A stretch of 64,000 bases of DNA. It comes from the human T2T-CHM13v2.0 reference genome, Homo sapiens. The notes under the pieces were generated by a model that was not told the origin of the DNA, searched no databases, and was given only the letters and a program-made list of their open reading frames with translations. Positions 1 to 11,503 of the stretch are shown here, piece by piece. Made by a program: the position numbers and the translations under genes. Each line of letters starts with the position of its first letter. The first letter of the stretch is position 1. Location of the stretch: NCBI RefSeq assembly GCF_009914755.1, contig NC_060947.1; one strand, written 5' to 3'.

Positions 1-283
1 ACATCTTCAAATCTCTTTCTCTGTGATCTCTGCTTTCATCATCAAATCACCTTACTTCTCTCTACTTGCATAATCACATCTCCTTCTCTGATTCACCTGC
101 CTCTGTCTCTTCAGAAAATTTTTGGTTATGCTGGTCCCACCTGGATAATCCAAGTTCATCTTTCCTTCTCAAGATACTTACCTGAATCACACCCTCAAAG
201 TCCCCTTTTCATGTAAAGTCTTTCAAAGGGTTTTGAGACTAGGATGTTGATATCTTTGGGGTGGCATTATTCAGTCTATTGCA
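1..283 (-). mobile_element. MaLR LTR fragment (MLT1C/D/E-like), 5' part
   Basis: Reverse complement resembles the MLT1 start (GAATAATGCC.CCCCAAAGAT.TC.ACATCCTA...GGGACTTTG...GTGATT...GATTATCCAGGTGGG). Confidence 0.8.
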
Positions 284-488
284 TGTATACAGCTGTAGCC
301 AGTTACTGTCTTGCTATTATCAGAAGCTATATTCCCAGTTTCTCAGTTGCAAAACAGCGAGTAAATTAGAGACCATTGTCCACATTCTGAGCTTGCAAAA
401 AAAAAAAAATCCTTTTTATAAGAATCACTGAGATAATACCTTGCCAAATTCAGAGGATTTTTTTTTTCATGTTTTCTCACACATTTAG

Positions 489-506
489 AGATCCTGAGCT
501 ACACAG
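489..506 (+). other. Candidate 18-nt microexon
   Basis: Pyrimidine tract ttttttcatgttttctcacacatttAG | AGATCCTGAGCTACACAG | GTAAGA; both sites are near consensus and the length is divisible by 3. Confidence 0.45.
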
Positions 507-778
507 GTAAGATTATGCTAGACTGTAGGATATGTACGTAGCCATCTACCTGAAACAAAGTTACCTTTTTAAATAGTTACTAAACTTCGTGCCCTAAAAC
601 AAAGGGCTAATAAGAAATTTTGAAGTTCTATCATAGACTAGTGTTTATAACCTGAAATCCTTATCAAACACTAAGAAAAACGTTAAAGAAAATTAAGTTT
701 TAGAAACAAGCCTATTTGATATTTATGGCAAAAAAGGCAGTTTTCAGAAGACAAGGCATACTTGTTTTTTGTTTCCAG

Positions 779-805
779 AGAGCCCAATAAAATTGTGACA
801 GGGCT
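779..805 (+). other. Candidate 27-nt microexon
   Basis: cttgttttttgtttccAG | AGAGCCCAATAAAATTGTGACAGGGCT | GTGAGT. Confidence 0.45.
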
Positions 806-884
806 GTGAGTACACATTTGCAAGATAAGTCATCAAGTCTCAAAGCAAAAGTAACTATTTCACCAGGAATTGTATGAGAAGAAT

Positions 885-1030
885 CAATGTGGTGCAGTGA
901 AAAGGGAAATGTCTTTGAAGGCAGAAAACTAGTTTCTGTTCTCTGCTGGTGACTTTAGTCATGTGACCACAGGAAATCACTTAATTTCTCTGACCTCAAT
1001 TTTCTATACAATAAGGGAGTTGCACTAGGT
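885..1030 (+). mobile_element. MIR SINE fragment
   Basis: MIR core-like tgtgacc..gg.aa.tcacttaa..tctctga.cctca.ttt.ct. Confidence 0.6.
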
Positions 1031-1145
1031 ATGTGTTATTCAAATATTGCTACCATAGTACATAGATCAGTAGATGTAGGGTATGATCTAAAATAACCTT
1101 AACCCCTAAAAGGCTGTCTCTTTGCCCTTGCAATGGGTCCCACAG

Positions 1146-1323
1146 TTTTTCTTTTTTCTTTTTCTTTTTCTTTTCTTTTTTTTTTTTTTTTTTGAGAAGG
1201 AGTCTCGCTCTGCCGCCCAGGCTGGAGTGCAGTGGCGCGATCTTGGCTCACGGCAAGCTCCACCTCTCAGGTTCATTCTCCTGCCTCAGCCTCCCGAGTA
1301 GCTGGGACTACAGGTGCCCGCCA
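1146..1323 (-). mobile_element. 5'-truncated AluY-like element (right monomer only)
   Basis: Poly-T tail 1146-1193, then gagtctcgctctg...gcaagctcc (AluY-type) ...gggactacagg; TSD-like cacagttttt (1141) / cacaattttt (1324). Confidence 0.9.
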
Positions 1324-1905
1324 CACAATTTTTTTTAACATTCAGGAATGACACTTAGCTAGTGGGTCTTTCAATAGCTGTGTAAGGCTGTCCCTCCATG
1401 ATTCTATATTGCAATCCAATCATCTTCTGGTCATATTGGCAACACTTTTCAACATCATTCTCAAACTTCTATTTCCCAAATACCCATTAAGCCCATAAAA
1501 TTACAGAAATCCGCCTAAAGAAATGTGTGTAGAGCCTGAGTACCTGTACTTCATGCATAGACTACGGCATAAGAGGAGGACAAATAAAAATACAGTTTCA
1601 AAATACTAAAGGCTGAGTGAAATTGGCACCAACTGATATACCATGCTTATCCTATCACTTTATATATCCCTTGGTTATAATGGGATAATCCTGTCAGAGA
1701 CACAAGTACTTATTTTAAAAAAACACTTGATTAGATTATCTTTAATGCTTTTAATTCCAAAATTCTGTGAGTCTCTGAGTTTATAAGTCTTAGATTACAA
1801 AAACCACACAGTTGTTAAAATGTAACTTATTTATTATCATCATCGTAATTGAATTCTCCTATTTAAAATTCCCTATTTAAAATCTACTATTTTATGTTCC
1901 GTCAG

Positions 1906-1931
1906 TGTGTAATCACAGTACAGATCAAGAG
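1906..1931 (+). other. Candidate 26-nt microexon
   Basis: ctattttatgttccgtcAG | TGTGTAATCACAGTACAGATCAAGAG | GTAAGG. Confidence 0.35.
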
Positions 1932-2349
1932 GTAAGGGTTTTTGAAACTATACAAAACATAGATATATCAGTTATCCAAGGAATCAAGGAGCCTAGGTGG
2001 AGAGAGCTTGTGATTATTGAAACTTGTAGAATTCTATAGTCCTGACAGATTTTTACCCATTGCACACTAACCTTATCTTAATTCATCTAAAACATATAAG
2101 AATGAAGCAAAACATAAAAATAAATATTGCAAATACAGCATGGATTTAGGAAAAGTTACTTTTAATCAATTGGAGAAAAATCACTCTACAACTTTAAATA
2201 TCATTAAAGGGGAATTCAAAGTACTTCTATGACCAATGGATGAGAGGAAATAAAGGTAGTGGCTGGCTCAGTGTAATTCCATTATGGGGAAGATAATAGT
2301 CAGCAAACTTGCCTGATCTTGTTTTCTTTTGGCTGTGCTTATATTGCAG

Positions 2350-2369
2350 AAGATATCTCAAAAACTTAT
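2350..2369 (+). other. Candidate 20-nt microexon (NAGNAG acceptor)
   Basis: tcttgttttcttttggctgtgcttatattgcAG | AAGATATCTCAAAAACTTAT | GTGAGG. Confidence 0.3.
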
Positions 2370-2525
2370 GTGAGGAAACTTATAGACCTACTATCCTTGA
2401 CTGACAGTGTAGCCCAAATTGCCATGGCTTTTTAAGAACCAAAGAAGAGAAGCATGAAATTTTGAGAGGAAAAAAAGATATTCAGCAGCATGTTTTGTTT
2501 TTTCTATAAAACATAAAATGCTTAG

Positions 2526-2585
2526 TCTTTGAGTCCACAGCTTCACTCAGAATTCTTGGCTTTCAAAATCTAGAACAGTTGAGTG
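2526..2585 (+). other. Candidate short exon (acceptor ambiguous: start 2526, 2541 or 2574)
   Basis: Strong donor GTG|GTAAGT at 2586; the 60-nt form is open in phase 1 (FESTASLRILGFQNLEQLS). Confidence 0.35.
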
Positions 2586-3264
2586 GTAAGTTGTGCCCAG
2601 AATACTCGTCTTAAAATTTAATACATTGCAGAGAAAGCAATAATTATTTTGCTCAATTACTTTAATCTTCAGTAAGCCACAAGAGGAATTTACCTAACAA
2701 CTACTTTTTGTGGAATAACCCTTATAGAACATGAAATAGTCTTTTAAGACTTTCAAGAAACTAAAAGGAGTAAAAGTATTTTGAGGTCTCCATCTACTCT
2801 TTTTTCTACTTCACCTACTTCATCTATTTTTATGTCACAGGGAACAAAACTACTGTGCCTCAATGCCTAAAGTTTATAATATCCAGCACAAAATCAGCAT
2901 TTTGTGAAAGATACTTATATTTCATTTTTATGCAACCCATAAACTATGTTCATTTTTCTAACACAACGTTTTCTGATTGTGACAGAACAGATATTTTTGG
3001 CCTATATCTTAGGACTAGCTTCTATTTGGGGGGATCTTTTTGTAAACAAGGAAAAGGTTTCTTATTGGACATAACTTTTTTGTTAATAACTCACAGCTTA
3101 TCGAAAATGTTTCTGTGAATGCTACATACCGGCAAACTCTTGTGACATACTTGACAGAATAAATACCACTGAGACCTAATGTTTCTGAGGTATTAGGCTG
3201 ATACTGAGAGGGACATAAAATAAATAATAATAATTAAACTAATATGTATTGGGTATTTTAATAT

Positions 3265-3495
3265 TTATCAAGAACTACCTTAAATGCTTTAAATGTATTA
3301 TGCCATTTAAGATTCACAGCACCCTATGTGGAGGGTTTAAATATTATTCTCACTTTACAGATGATAAATTAAGCTACAGAATAAAATTAACTGACTTGCT
3401 CAAGGTTACTGAGAAAGTAAATCATGAATTCAGATTTCAGTCACAGATAATCTGATGCTAGAGTCCATTAATTTCTTTGTTTTACTATTTCCCAC
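3265..3495 (-). mobile_element. MIR SINE
   Basis: attattctcactttacagatga...tgacttgctcaaggttac is the reverse MIR core. Confidence 0.75.
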
Positions 3496-3587
3496 TAACC
3501 AAAAAGAACTTCTGATGTTAGTAAACTTAAAAATATAGTAGGAATGCTGATGAATGACTATATAATTACTATATAAAGTTGAGCCTT

Positions 3588-3820
3588 GTTCATTCAACAA
3601 ATATGAATCAAATGACTTCTATGTAAACATCATTGTCATTAGAGATAGGACAATGACAGAAAAAAACTACTCTAGTAATCTAGGTTAAAGATGATAATAG
3701 CTTGGACAAAAGTGGTATCACAAAGGTGTTGAGAAGTGGTCAGATTTTGTATATATTTTGAAGGTAGACCCCAGAAAATTAATAAATGGATTGGATATGG
3801 GTGTAAAGAAAAAAGAGATT
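3588..3820 (-). mobile_element. L2 LINE fragments
   Basis: ttcattcaacaaata (L2 3' end) and gagaagtggtcagattttgtatatattttgaaggtaga...ggattggatatggg. Confidence 0.65.
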
Positions 3821-3829
3821 GGTTCTTTT

Positions 3830-4285
3830 AAAATTATTGAAGCAAAATCTAGTTCTTTGTAAAAATCAGTAAAATAATAAACCTATAGATACCTTAATTA
3901 AAATAAAAATAAGAATGAAATAAATTACTAACATTAGAAATAACAAAGAGGACATCATCACAAATAATATATATGAAATATAATAGGATATTATTATGTA
4001 CAATTGTATGCAAATAGATTGAATAATTAGATAAAATGGATAAGTTCCTTGAAAAATAAATATATTAAACTGTTGCGAGGAAAGACAGAAAAACTGATTA
4101 GTCATATATCAATTAAATGAATTTAACACATAATTGAAACATATAATTGAAAACTTCTCAGAAAGAAAATTCCAGGCCTGCAGATGGTTTCATTGGTAAG
4201 TATCAAATAAACACATTTAAGAAAGAGAGAAGACTAATCATATATAAATTATTTAAGAAAATAGAATAGGAAGCAATTTTTAATA
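3830..4285 (+). mobile_element. Ancient L1M ORF2 fragment
   Basis: Degenerate ORF2 (caattgtatgcaaata...ccaggcctgcagatggtttcattgg) with many stops. Confidence 0.8.
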
Positions 4286-4662
4286 ACATTTGTTTTTCTT
4301 AGGGACACTTTTGAGGAGACTTTCCTCAAAGACAAAAGTTATTCACTTTAACAAAAGTTAATATGTTAGTTTTGTACACCACATATGCCCATCATTTCAT
4401 CCCAGGAAGAGCAGACCACAGAGTTTTCCCCTCTCAGCGTTCAGAGTATTTTGTGCATTGCTTATTATTATTATATTCCCTTTCTCCAAGACAAGCAGAA
4501 ACCTCAGGGCCTGAGTCCAGAGCACACTGTAGAATATTGTTCTCCTTGACTGGACACAGAGGTGGAACAGAGTTGGCCTGAAGGTGGCTGATTGTGGAAC
4601 CAAGGGCTGGAGAAACAGTATTCAGTGGAGAGAAAAGAAAATAAAGCTGTGTAAAAAAGTAC

Positions 4663-4930
4663 TGAGGCAGAGGCAGGTGGATCACTTGAGACCAGGAGTT
4701 CGAGACCAGGAGTTCAAGACCAGCCTGGCCAACATGGCAAAACCCCCTCTCTACTAAAAATACAAAAATTAGCCAGGCATGGTGGCACGTGGCTGTAGTC
4801 CGAGCTACTTGGGAGGTTGAGACAAGAGAATCACCTGAACGTGGGAGGCAGATGTTGCAGTGAGCTGAGGCCACACCACTGCACATCAGCCTGGGTGACA
4901 GAGCAAGACTCTGTTTCCAAAAAAAAAAAG
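4663..4930 (+). mobile_element. 5'-truncated AluS with internal 14-bp duplication
   Basis: ggtggatcacttgag...cagcctggccaacatgg...tactaaaaatacaaaaattagcc...A tail; possible TSD aaaaaagta. Confidence 0.92.
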
Positions 4931-4934
4931 TATA

Positions 4935-4970
<36 letters not shown>

Positions 4971-5155
4971 AAACAAAAGTATATATATATATATATAACA
5001 AAAGTATATATATATAGTATGTATTTATATACACACATACATGTATATACATACACACAAAAGTATATATGTGTACATATATACACACACATATATATGT
5101 GTGTGTATGTGTGTGTGTGTATATATGTGTGTGTGTATATATATATATATATATA
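4931..5155. repeat. Compound (TA)n/(CA)n/(TG)n microsatellite at Alu tail
   Basis: Directly visible alternating purine-pyrimidine runs. Confidence 0.95.
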
Positions 5156-5384
5156 GCAATTAGGCAGATAACGAAAAATAAATGAGAAACACTAAAAGCA
5201 AACCAGAACAAAAGAGGTAAAAAGCAAGCTTGAAAGTTAGGGCATGGGAAATTTCTAAAGCAGAAACTTAGATGTTTTTATGTGCAGGAGGAGATAAGAG
5301 ATACTCGAGTCCATGAACTGTCTCACAGAACTGTGACTTAAAATATAGAATTATAGTGTCATAGGTACATGTTGTTTTCCCTCC

Positions 5385-5512
5385 TGTACTGAGGTACTTG
5401 AGAACAGGAACCTTATCATAGTTCTTCTGCATGTACCCTGGACTGAGTTCTGTGCTTGGCAAATGGTAAGTCCTCAGTTTAATGGATACAGGCCTGCATA
5501 AGTGAATGAATG
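5385..5512 (+). mobile_element. L2 3' end
   Basis: gtgcttggcaaatggtaagtcctca...gtgaatgaatg resembles the L2 terminus. Confidence 0.5.
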
Positions 5513-6508
5513 TTGGCAAAGTATGACCAGTTGCTTTACGCCATGTCTATCTTTTACTGAATTTACAAAAGTTCAGCAATTTAATAATGATTTATTTTTA
5601 AACTTCTTAAAGAAAGGATTCCAGTCAGTAAGGAAAGAATCATTTGCCAAAAATCATTCAAATGAATTTAAATATTTGTTTTGATATGTAATTCTGCTTC
5701 CTTGTTCTACTAAATGTTCATCTTTTCTTCCAATCAAACCATATATATTTAACTTCCAGTTATTTCATTTATTTGTTTCACATTCTATGCAGTACAGTAA
5801 CTAGTTCAGTCACTGATGATATTTTTGTTTTCTCGTTGATACTACTAATTATGCTTCCCGTGGAAAGAACTGGCAGAAGGAAAACTATAATAATATTCCT
5901 TCCAATAGACAAGACAATTCAGCCCCCCTTTACTATTTTTACTAGAAAAAAATAAATCACTCAAAATTATTTAGCAGTTGACTGCACAAACAGCTGTGTA
6001 AAATAACTCTCAGATTGGGGATTCTTTCATTTTATTTATATCATTAAAAAACAAACCATTTATCAAGTAAAAGTACCATTCTTCTTGCACCTAATAACCC
6101 ACAGAAGAAACAAACAGATATAAGTGGCCATCGGTCTTTCAAATTTGAGAGTTTAGTTGTATAATAGTCTTAAAGTAGAATACTATTATCCCATCAAACA
6201 AAACTCTTTTCATTTCTGATATCAACACCCAATCATTTATTAACTTATTACATATTTTGTGCAATACATTACATCTGATTTATTACTAATATGCACTATG
6301 AATACTAATATCAACTATGAACATCTTGCACATGTGATATTGCTGATATTTTGATGGTCAGCATACTATGGACATTACCTAAATGGCTATTTATACTGTG
6401 AAAGGAAAGAAGGTTTGGAATGAAAAACCTTTCACTTCACTGTTAAGCAAGTAAAAATGTACTAGGATGTTGAGTAGAAGTGATTTCAACTAATTTTTCA
6501 TGTGGGAC

Positions 6509-6888
6509 TGTTTCTTAGTCTGTTTTGTGCTACCATAGCAGAAAACCACAGGCTGGATAATTCATACTGAACAGAAATATATTAGCTCAGGATTCTGGAG
6601 ACTGGAAGTTTGAGATCAAATGGTTGGCATCTTCTGAGGGCTTTCTTGCTGCATCATCCCATGATGTAAGGGAAAAGAGAAGGGGAGAGGGAACAAAAGG
6701 AGGCCTAACTTGTCCTTTTATAAGGAACCTACATGTGCATTAATGAACCCATTCCCACCATAACAGCATTAATCTATTAATCTACTAATTTTCATTCACT
6801 TCTAAAAGGCCCCACCTGTTAATTCTGTTACAGTGGTGATTACGTTTCCAACACATGTGTTTTGGGACACACATTCAAACTGTAGCAG
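6509..6888 (-). mobile_element. MaLR solo LTR (MSTC/MSTD-like)
   Basis: tgtttcttagtctgttttgtgct...tctggagactggaagt...ttccaacacatg...acattcaaactgtagca; about 380 bp. Confidence 0.85.
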
Positions 6889-6937
6889 AAGGTGAAAATA
6901 TGTATTGTGTAACATGACTATACTTGTTTATGTATTC

Positions 6938-9900
6938 TTATTTTATTTTATTTTTAACTTCATTTTACATTCAAGGTACGTGTGCAGGTTTGGTATATAG
7001 GTAAAATGTGTGTCCTGGGTGTTTGATGTACAGATTATTTTGTCACCCAAGAAACATGCATAGAAACTGAGAGGTAGTTTTTGGATCCTTACCCTTCTCC
7101 AACCCTCCACCCTCAACGAGGACCCAGTGTCCATTGTTTTATTCTTTCTGTCTATACGTACTCAATGTTTAGCTTCCACTTATAAGCGAGAACATGCAGT
7201 ATTTGGTTTTCTGTTTCTGTTAGTTTGCTAAGGATAATGACCTCCAGCTCCATCCAAGGTGCTGCAATGGATATGATCTCATTCATTTTACAGCTGCATA
7301 GTATTCCATGGCATATATTTACAACATTTTCTTTATCCAGTCTACTACAGATGGGCATTTATGTTGATTTTATATCTTTGCTATTGTGAATAGGGCTGTG
7401 ATGAACATATGCATGCATGTGTCTGTATGGTAGATCAATTTATATTCCTTTGGTCATATACTCAATAATGGGATTACTGGGTACAATGGTAATTCTATTC
7501 GAAGTTCTTTGAGAAATTGCCAAACAGCTTTCCACAATGATTGAACTAATTTACATTCCCGTCAGCAGTGTATAAGTGTACGCTTTTCTCCACAACCACA
7601 ATGGCATCTGTTATTTTTTGACTTTTTAATAACAGCCTTTCTCATTCAGACTGGTGTGAGATCGTATCTCATTGTGGTTTTATTTGCATTTCTCTAAAGA
7701 TTAGTGATGTTGAGTATTTTTTTTAATATGCTTGCTGGCCACATATATGTCTTCTTTTGAAAAGCGTCTGTTCATGTCTTTTGCCCACCTTTTAATGGGG
7801 TTATTTGCTTTCTGCTTACTGAGTTGTTTAAGTTCCTTAAAGATTCTGGATATGAGACTACTGTCAGATACATAGTTTGCAAATACTTTCTCTCATTCTG
7901 TAGGTTGTCTGTTTACTGTTAACAGTTTCTTTTGCTGTGGAGAAGCTCTTCAGTTTAATTAACTCCAACTTGTCAAATTAAGCCCATGAGCATTTTTGTT
8001 AAAATTGCTTTTGAGGTCTAGTCATAAAATTATTTCTGAAAAGAATGGCGTTTCCTGTTTTCTTCTAAGATTCTTTCTTATAATTTGAGGCCTTACATCT
8101 AAATATTTAATTTATCTTTGTTAATTTTTTATGGTGTAAGGAGGGGATCCAGTTTCAATCTTCTGCATGTCTAGCCAGTTATCACAGCACCATTCATTGA
8201 ATAGGGAATCCTTTTCCCATCTCTTGTTTTTGTCAGGTTTGTGAAAGATCAGATAGTTGTAGGTGTGCGGTCTCACTTCTGGGTTCTCTATTCTGTTCCA
8301 TTACTCTATGTGTCTGTTTTTGTAACAGTACCGTACTGTTTTCATCAATGTAGCCTTGTAGTATAGTTTGAAATTAGATAATGTGATCCCACCAGCTTTG
8401 TTCTTTTTACTTAGGATTGTGTTGGCTGTTTAAGCTCCTTTTTGGTTCCATATGAATTTTAAAATAAATTTTTCCAATCCAATGAAGAATGCCATTGGTA
8501 GTTTGCTAGGAGTAGCATTGAATCTATAAATTTCTTTGTTCAATGCAGCCATTCTAAAATATTGATTTTTCTTATCCATGATCATAAAATATTTTTCCAT
8601 TTGATTGTGTAATCTCTGATTTCTTTGTGACATGTTTTGTAACTCTCATTCTAGAGAACTTTCACCTCCCTGATTAGCTATATTCCTAAATATTTTATTC
8701 TATTTATGCCTATTGAGAATGGGATTGCATTCTTTTTTTATTATTATTATACTTTAAGTTCTAGGGTACATGTGCACAACATGCAGGTTTGTTACATATG
8801 TATACATGTGCCATGTTGGTGTGCTACACCCATTAACTCATCATTTACATTAGTTATATCTCCTAATGCTATCCCTCTCCCCCTCCTCCCACCCTATGAC
8901 AGGCCCTGGTGTGTGATGTTCCCCTTCCTGTGTCCAAGTGTTCTCATTGTTCAATTCCCACCTATGAGTGAGAACATGCGGTGTTTGGTTTTTTGTCCTT
9001 GCGATAGTTTGCTGAGAATGATGCTCTCCAGCTTCATCCATGTCCCTACAAAGGACATGAACTCATCCTTTTTTTATGGCTGCATAGTATTCCATGGTGT
9101 ATATGTGCCACATTTTCTTAATCCAGTCTATCATTGATGGACATTTGGGTTGGTTCCAAGTCTTTGCTATTGTGAATAGTGCCACAATAAACATACATGT
9201 GCATGTGTCTTTATAGCAGCATGGTTTATAATCCTTTGGGTATATACCCAGTAATGGGATGGCTGCATCAAATGGTATTTCTAGTTCTAGATCCTTGAGG
9301 ATTTGGCTCTCAGATTGGTTGCTGTTGGTGTATAGAAATGCTACTGATTTTTTTACACTGATTTTGTGTCACAAAACTTTCCTGAAGTTGTTTATCAGAT
9401 CAAGGAGCTTTTGAACAAAGACTATGAGGTTTCCTAAGTATAGAATCATACTGTCTACAAATAGGGACAGCTTAATGTTTTCTCTTTCTATTTGGATGCC
9501 TTTTATTTCTTGCCGGATTGCTCTGGCCTGGACTTCCAATATCATACTGAATAGTAATGAGAGAAGGCATCTTGTCTTGTTCTGCTTTTCAAGGAGAATG
9601 CTACCAAATTTTGCCCATTCAGTGTGATGTTGGCTGTGGGTTGCTCATAGATTGTTGTTATTATTTTAAAGTATGTTCCTTCAATGTCTAGTTTGTTGAG
9701 GATTTTTAACATGAGGGGATTCTGATTTTCACTGGAAGCCTTCCTGTGTCTATTGATCTGATCGTGTGGTTTTTGTTTTCAGTTCTATTTATGTGGTAAA
9801 TAACACATTGTTTTGCATATGTTAAAGCAACCTTGCATCTCAGAGATAAAGCCTACTTGATTGTGATGTATTAGCTTTTTGATGTGCTGCTGGATTCAGT

Positions 9901-10385
9901 TTGATAATATTTTGCTGAGGAATTTTGGATCTACAATCATCAAGGATATTGACCTGAAGTTTTCTTTTTCGTTGTCCATGCCAGGTTTTGGTACCAGGTT
10001 GATGCTATCCTCATAAAAAAAGTTAGTGAGGAGTCCATCCTCCTCAATTGTTTGGAATATTTTCAGTAGGAATGGTACTAGTTCTTTTTTATCCATCTGG
10101 TAGAATTTGGGTGTGAATATATCTGGTTCTGGGCTTTTTTTGACTGGCAGGCTTTTTATTATTGACTCACCTTTTGAGCTCATTATTGGTTTGTTCATGG
10201 ATTCAATTTCTTCCTGGTTCAGTCTTGGAAGATTTTATGTATCTAATAATTTATCCATTTCTTCTAGGTTTTCAAGCTTCTGTGCTTAGAGTTGTTCATA
10301 ATAATCTCTGACGGTTATTTACATTTCTGTGGGGTCACTGGTAATAATCAATTTGTCATTTTATTGTTTATTTGCACTTTCTCTT
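6938..10385 (-). mobile_element. L1 (L1PA15/16-L1PB-like) 3' half, interrupted
   Basis: Poly-T, 3'UTR and degenerate ORF2 (9896..10198 [15 protein letters not shown]). Confidence 0.9.
8733..9300 (-). mobile_element. Nested 5'-truncated L1PA (PA4-7-like) 3' end
   Basis: ttattattatactttaagttctagggtacatgtgcacaac...; the host resumes (gcattctt^gatttggctctcag) after 9300. Confidence 0.9.
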
Positions 10386-11503
10386 TTTTTTTAAATTCTA
10401 AGTTCTGGGGTACATGTGCAAGATGTGCAGGTTTGTTACATAGGTAAACATGTGCCATGGTGGTTTGCTGCACCTATCAACTCATCACCTGAGTATTAAG
10501 ACCAACATGCATTAGCTATTTTTCCTGGTGCTCTCCCTCTGCTCCCCCAACTCCAGACAGGCCCCAGTGTGTGTAGTTCTCCTCCCTGTGTCCATGTGTT
10601 CTCATTTTTCAACTCCCACTTATACATGAGAACATGCGGTGTTTGGTTTTCTGTACCTGTGTTAGTCTGCTGAGGATAATGGCTTCCCACTCTATCTATG
10701 TATCTGCAAAGAACATGATATCATTCCTCTTTATGGTTGCATAGTATTCCATGATGTATATGTACCACATTTTCTTTATTCAGTCTATCATTGATAGGCG
10801 TTTGGTCTGATTCCATCTCTTTGCAATTGTGTATAGTGCTGCAATGAACATACATGTGCATGTATCTTTTTAATAGAATGATTTATATTCCTTTGGGTAT
10901 ATACCCAGTAATGAGACTGCTGGATCAAATGGTATTTCTGGTTCTCTATCTTTGAAGAATTGCCATACCATTCTTCACAATGGTTGAACTAATTTACATT
11001 TCCACCAACAATGTAAAAGCATTTCTATTTCTCCACAACCTCGCCAGCATCTGCTGTTTCTTGACATTTTAATATTTGCCATTCTGATTGGCATGAGATG
11101 GTATCTTATTGTGGTTTTGATTTGCATTTCTCTAATTATCAGTGATGTTGAGCTGTTTTTCATATGTTTGTTGGCCACACAAATGTCTTCTTCTGAGAAG
11201 TGCCTGTTCATGTCCTTTGCCCACTTTTTATTGGGGTTGTTTGTTGTTTGGTTGTTTTATTGTAAATTTGTTTAAGTTTCTTGTAGATTCTGGATATTAG
11301 ACCTTTGTCAGATGGATATATTGCAAAAATTTTCTCCCATTCTGTAGGTTGCCTGTTTGCTCTGATGACAGTTTATTTTGCTGTGCAAAAGCTCTTTAGT
11401 TTGATTAGATTTTATTTGTCAATTTTTGCTTCTGTTGCAAGTGCTTTTGGCAATTCTGTCATGAAATCTCTGCCCATGCCTATGTCCTAAATGGTATTGC
11501 CTA
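10386..11503 (-). mobile_element. L1PA (PA8-13-like) 3' 1.1 kb
   Basis: Poly-T, 3'UTR and ORF2 C-terminus (10975..11211 CWRGCGE...HCWW). Confidence 0.9.

Noticed and set aside
2855-3118. 87-aa plus ORF as a stand-alone gene
   Set aside because: GTG start, AT-rich composition and no recognisable domain; only its upstream acceptor is noted.
4434-5211. ORFs of 180, 126, 68 and 66 aa
   Set aside because: Translations of an Alu and the (TA)n/(CA)n repeat (YIYIY).
5455-5475. Strong donor ATG|GTAAGT
   Set aside because: Lies within an L2 3' end, with no convincing acceptor nearby.
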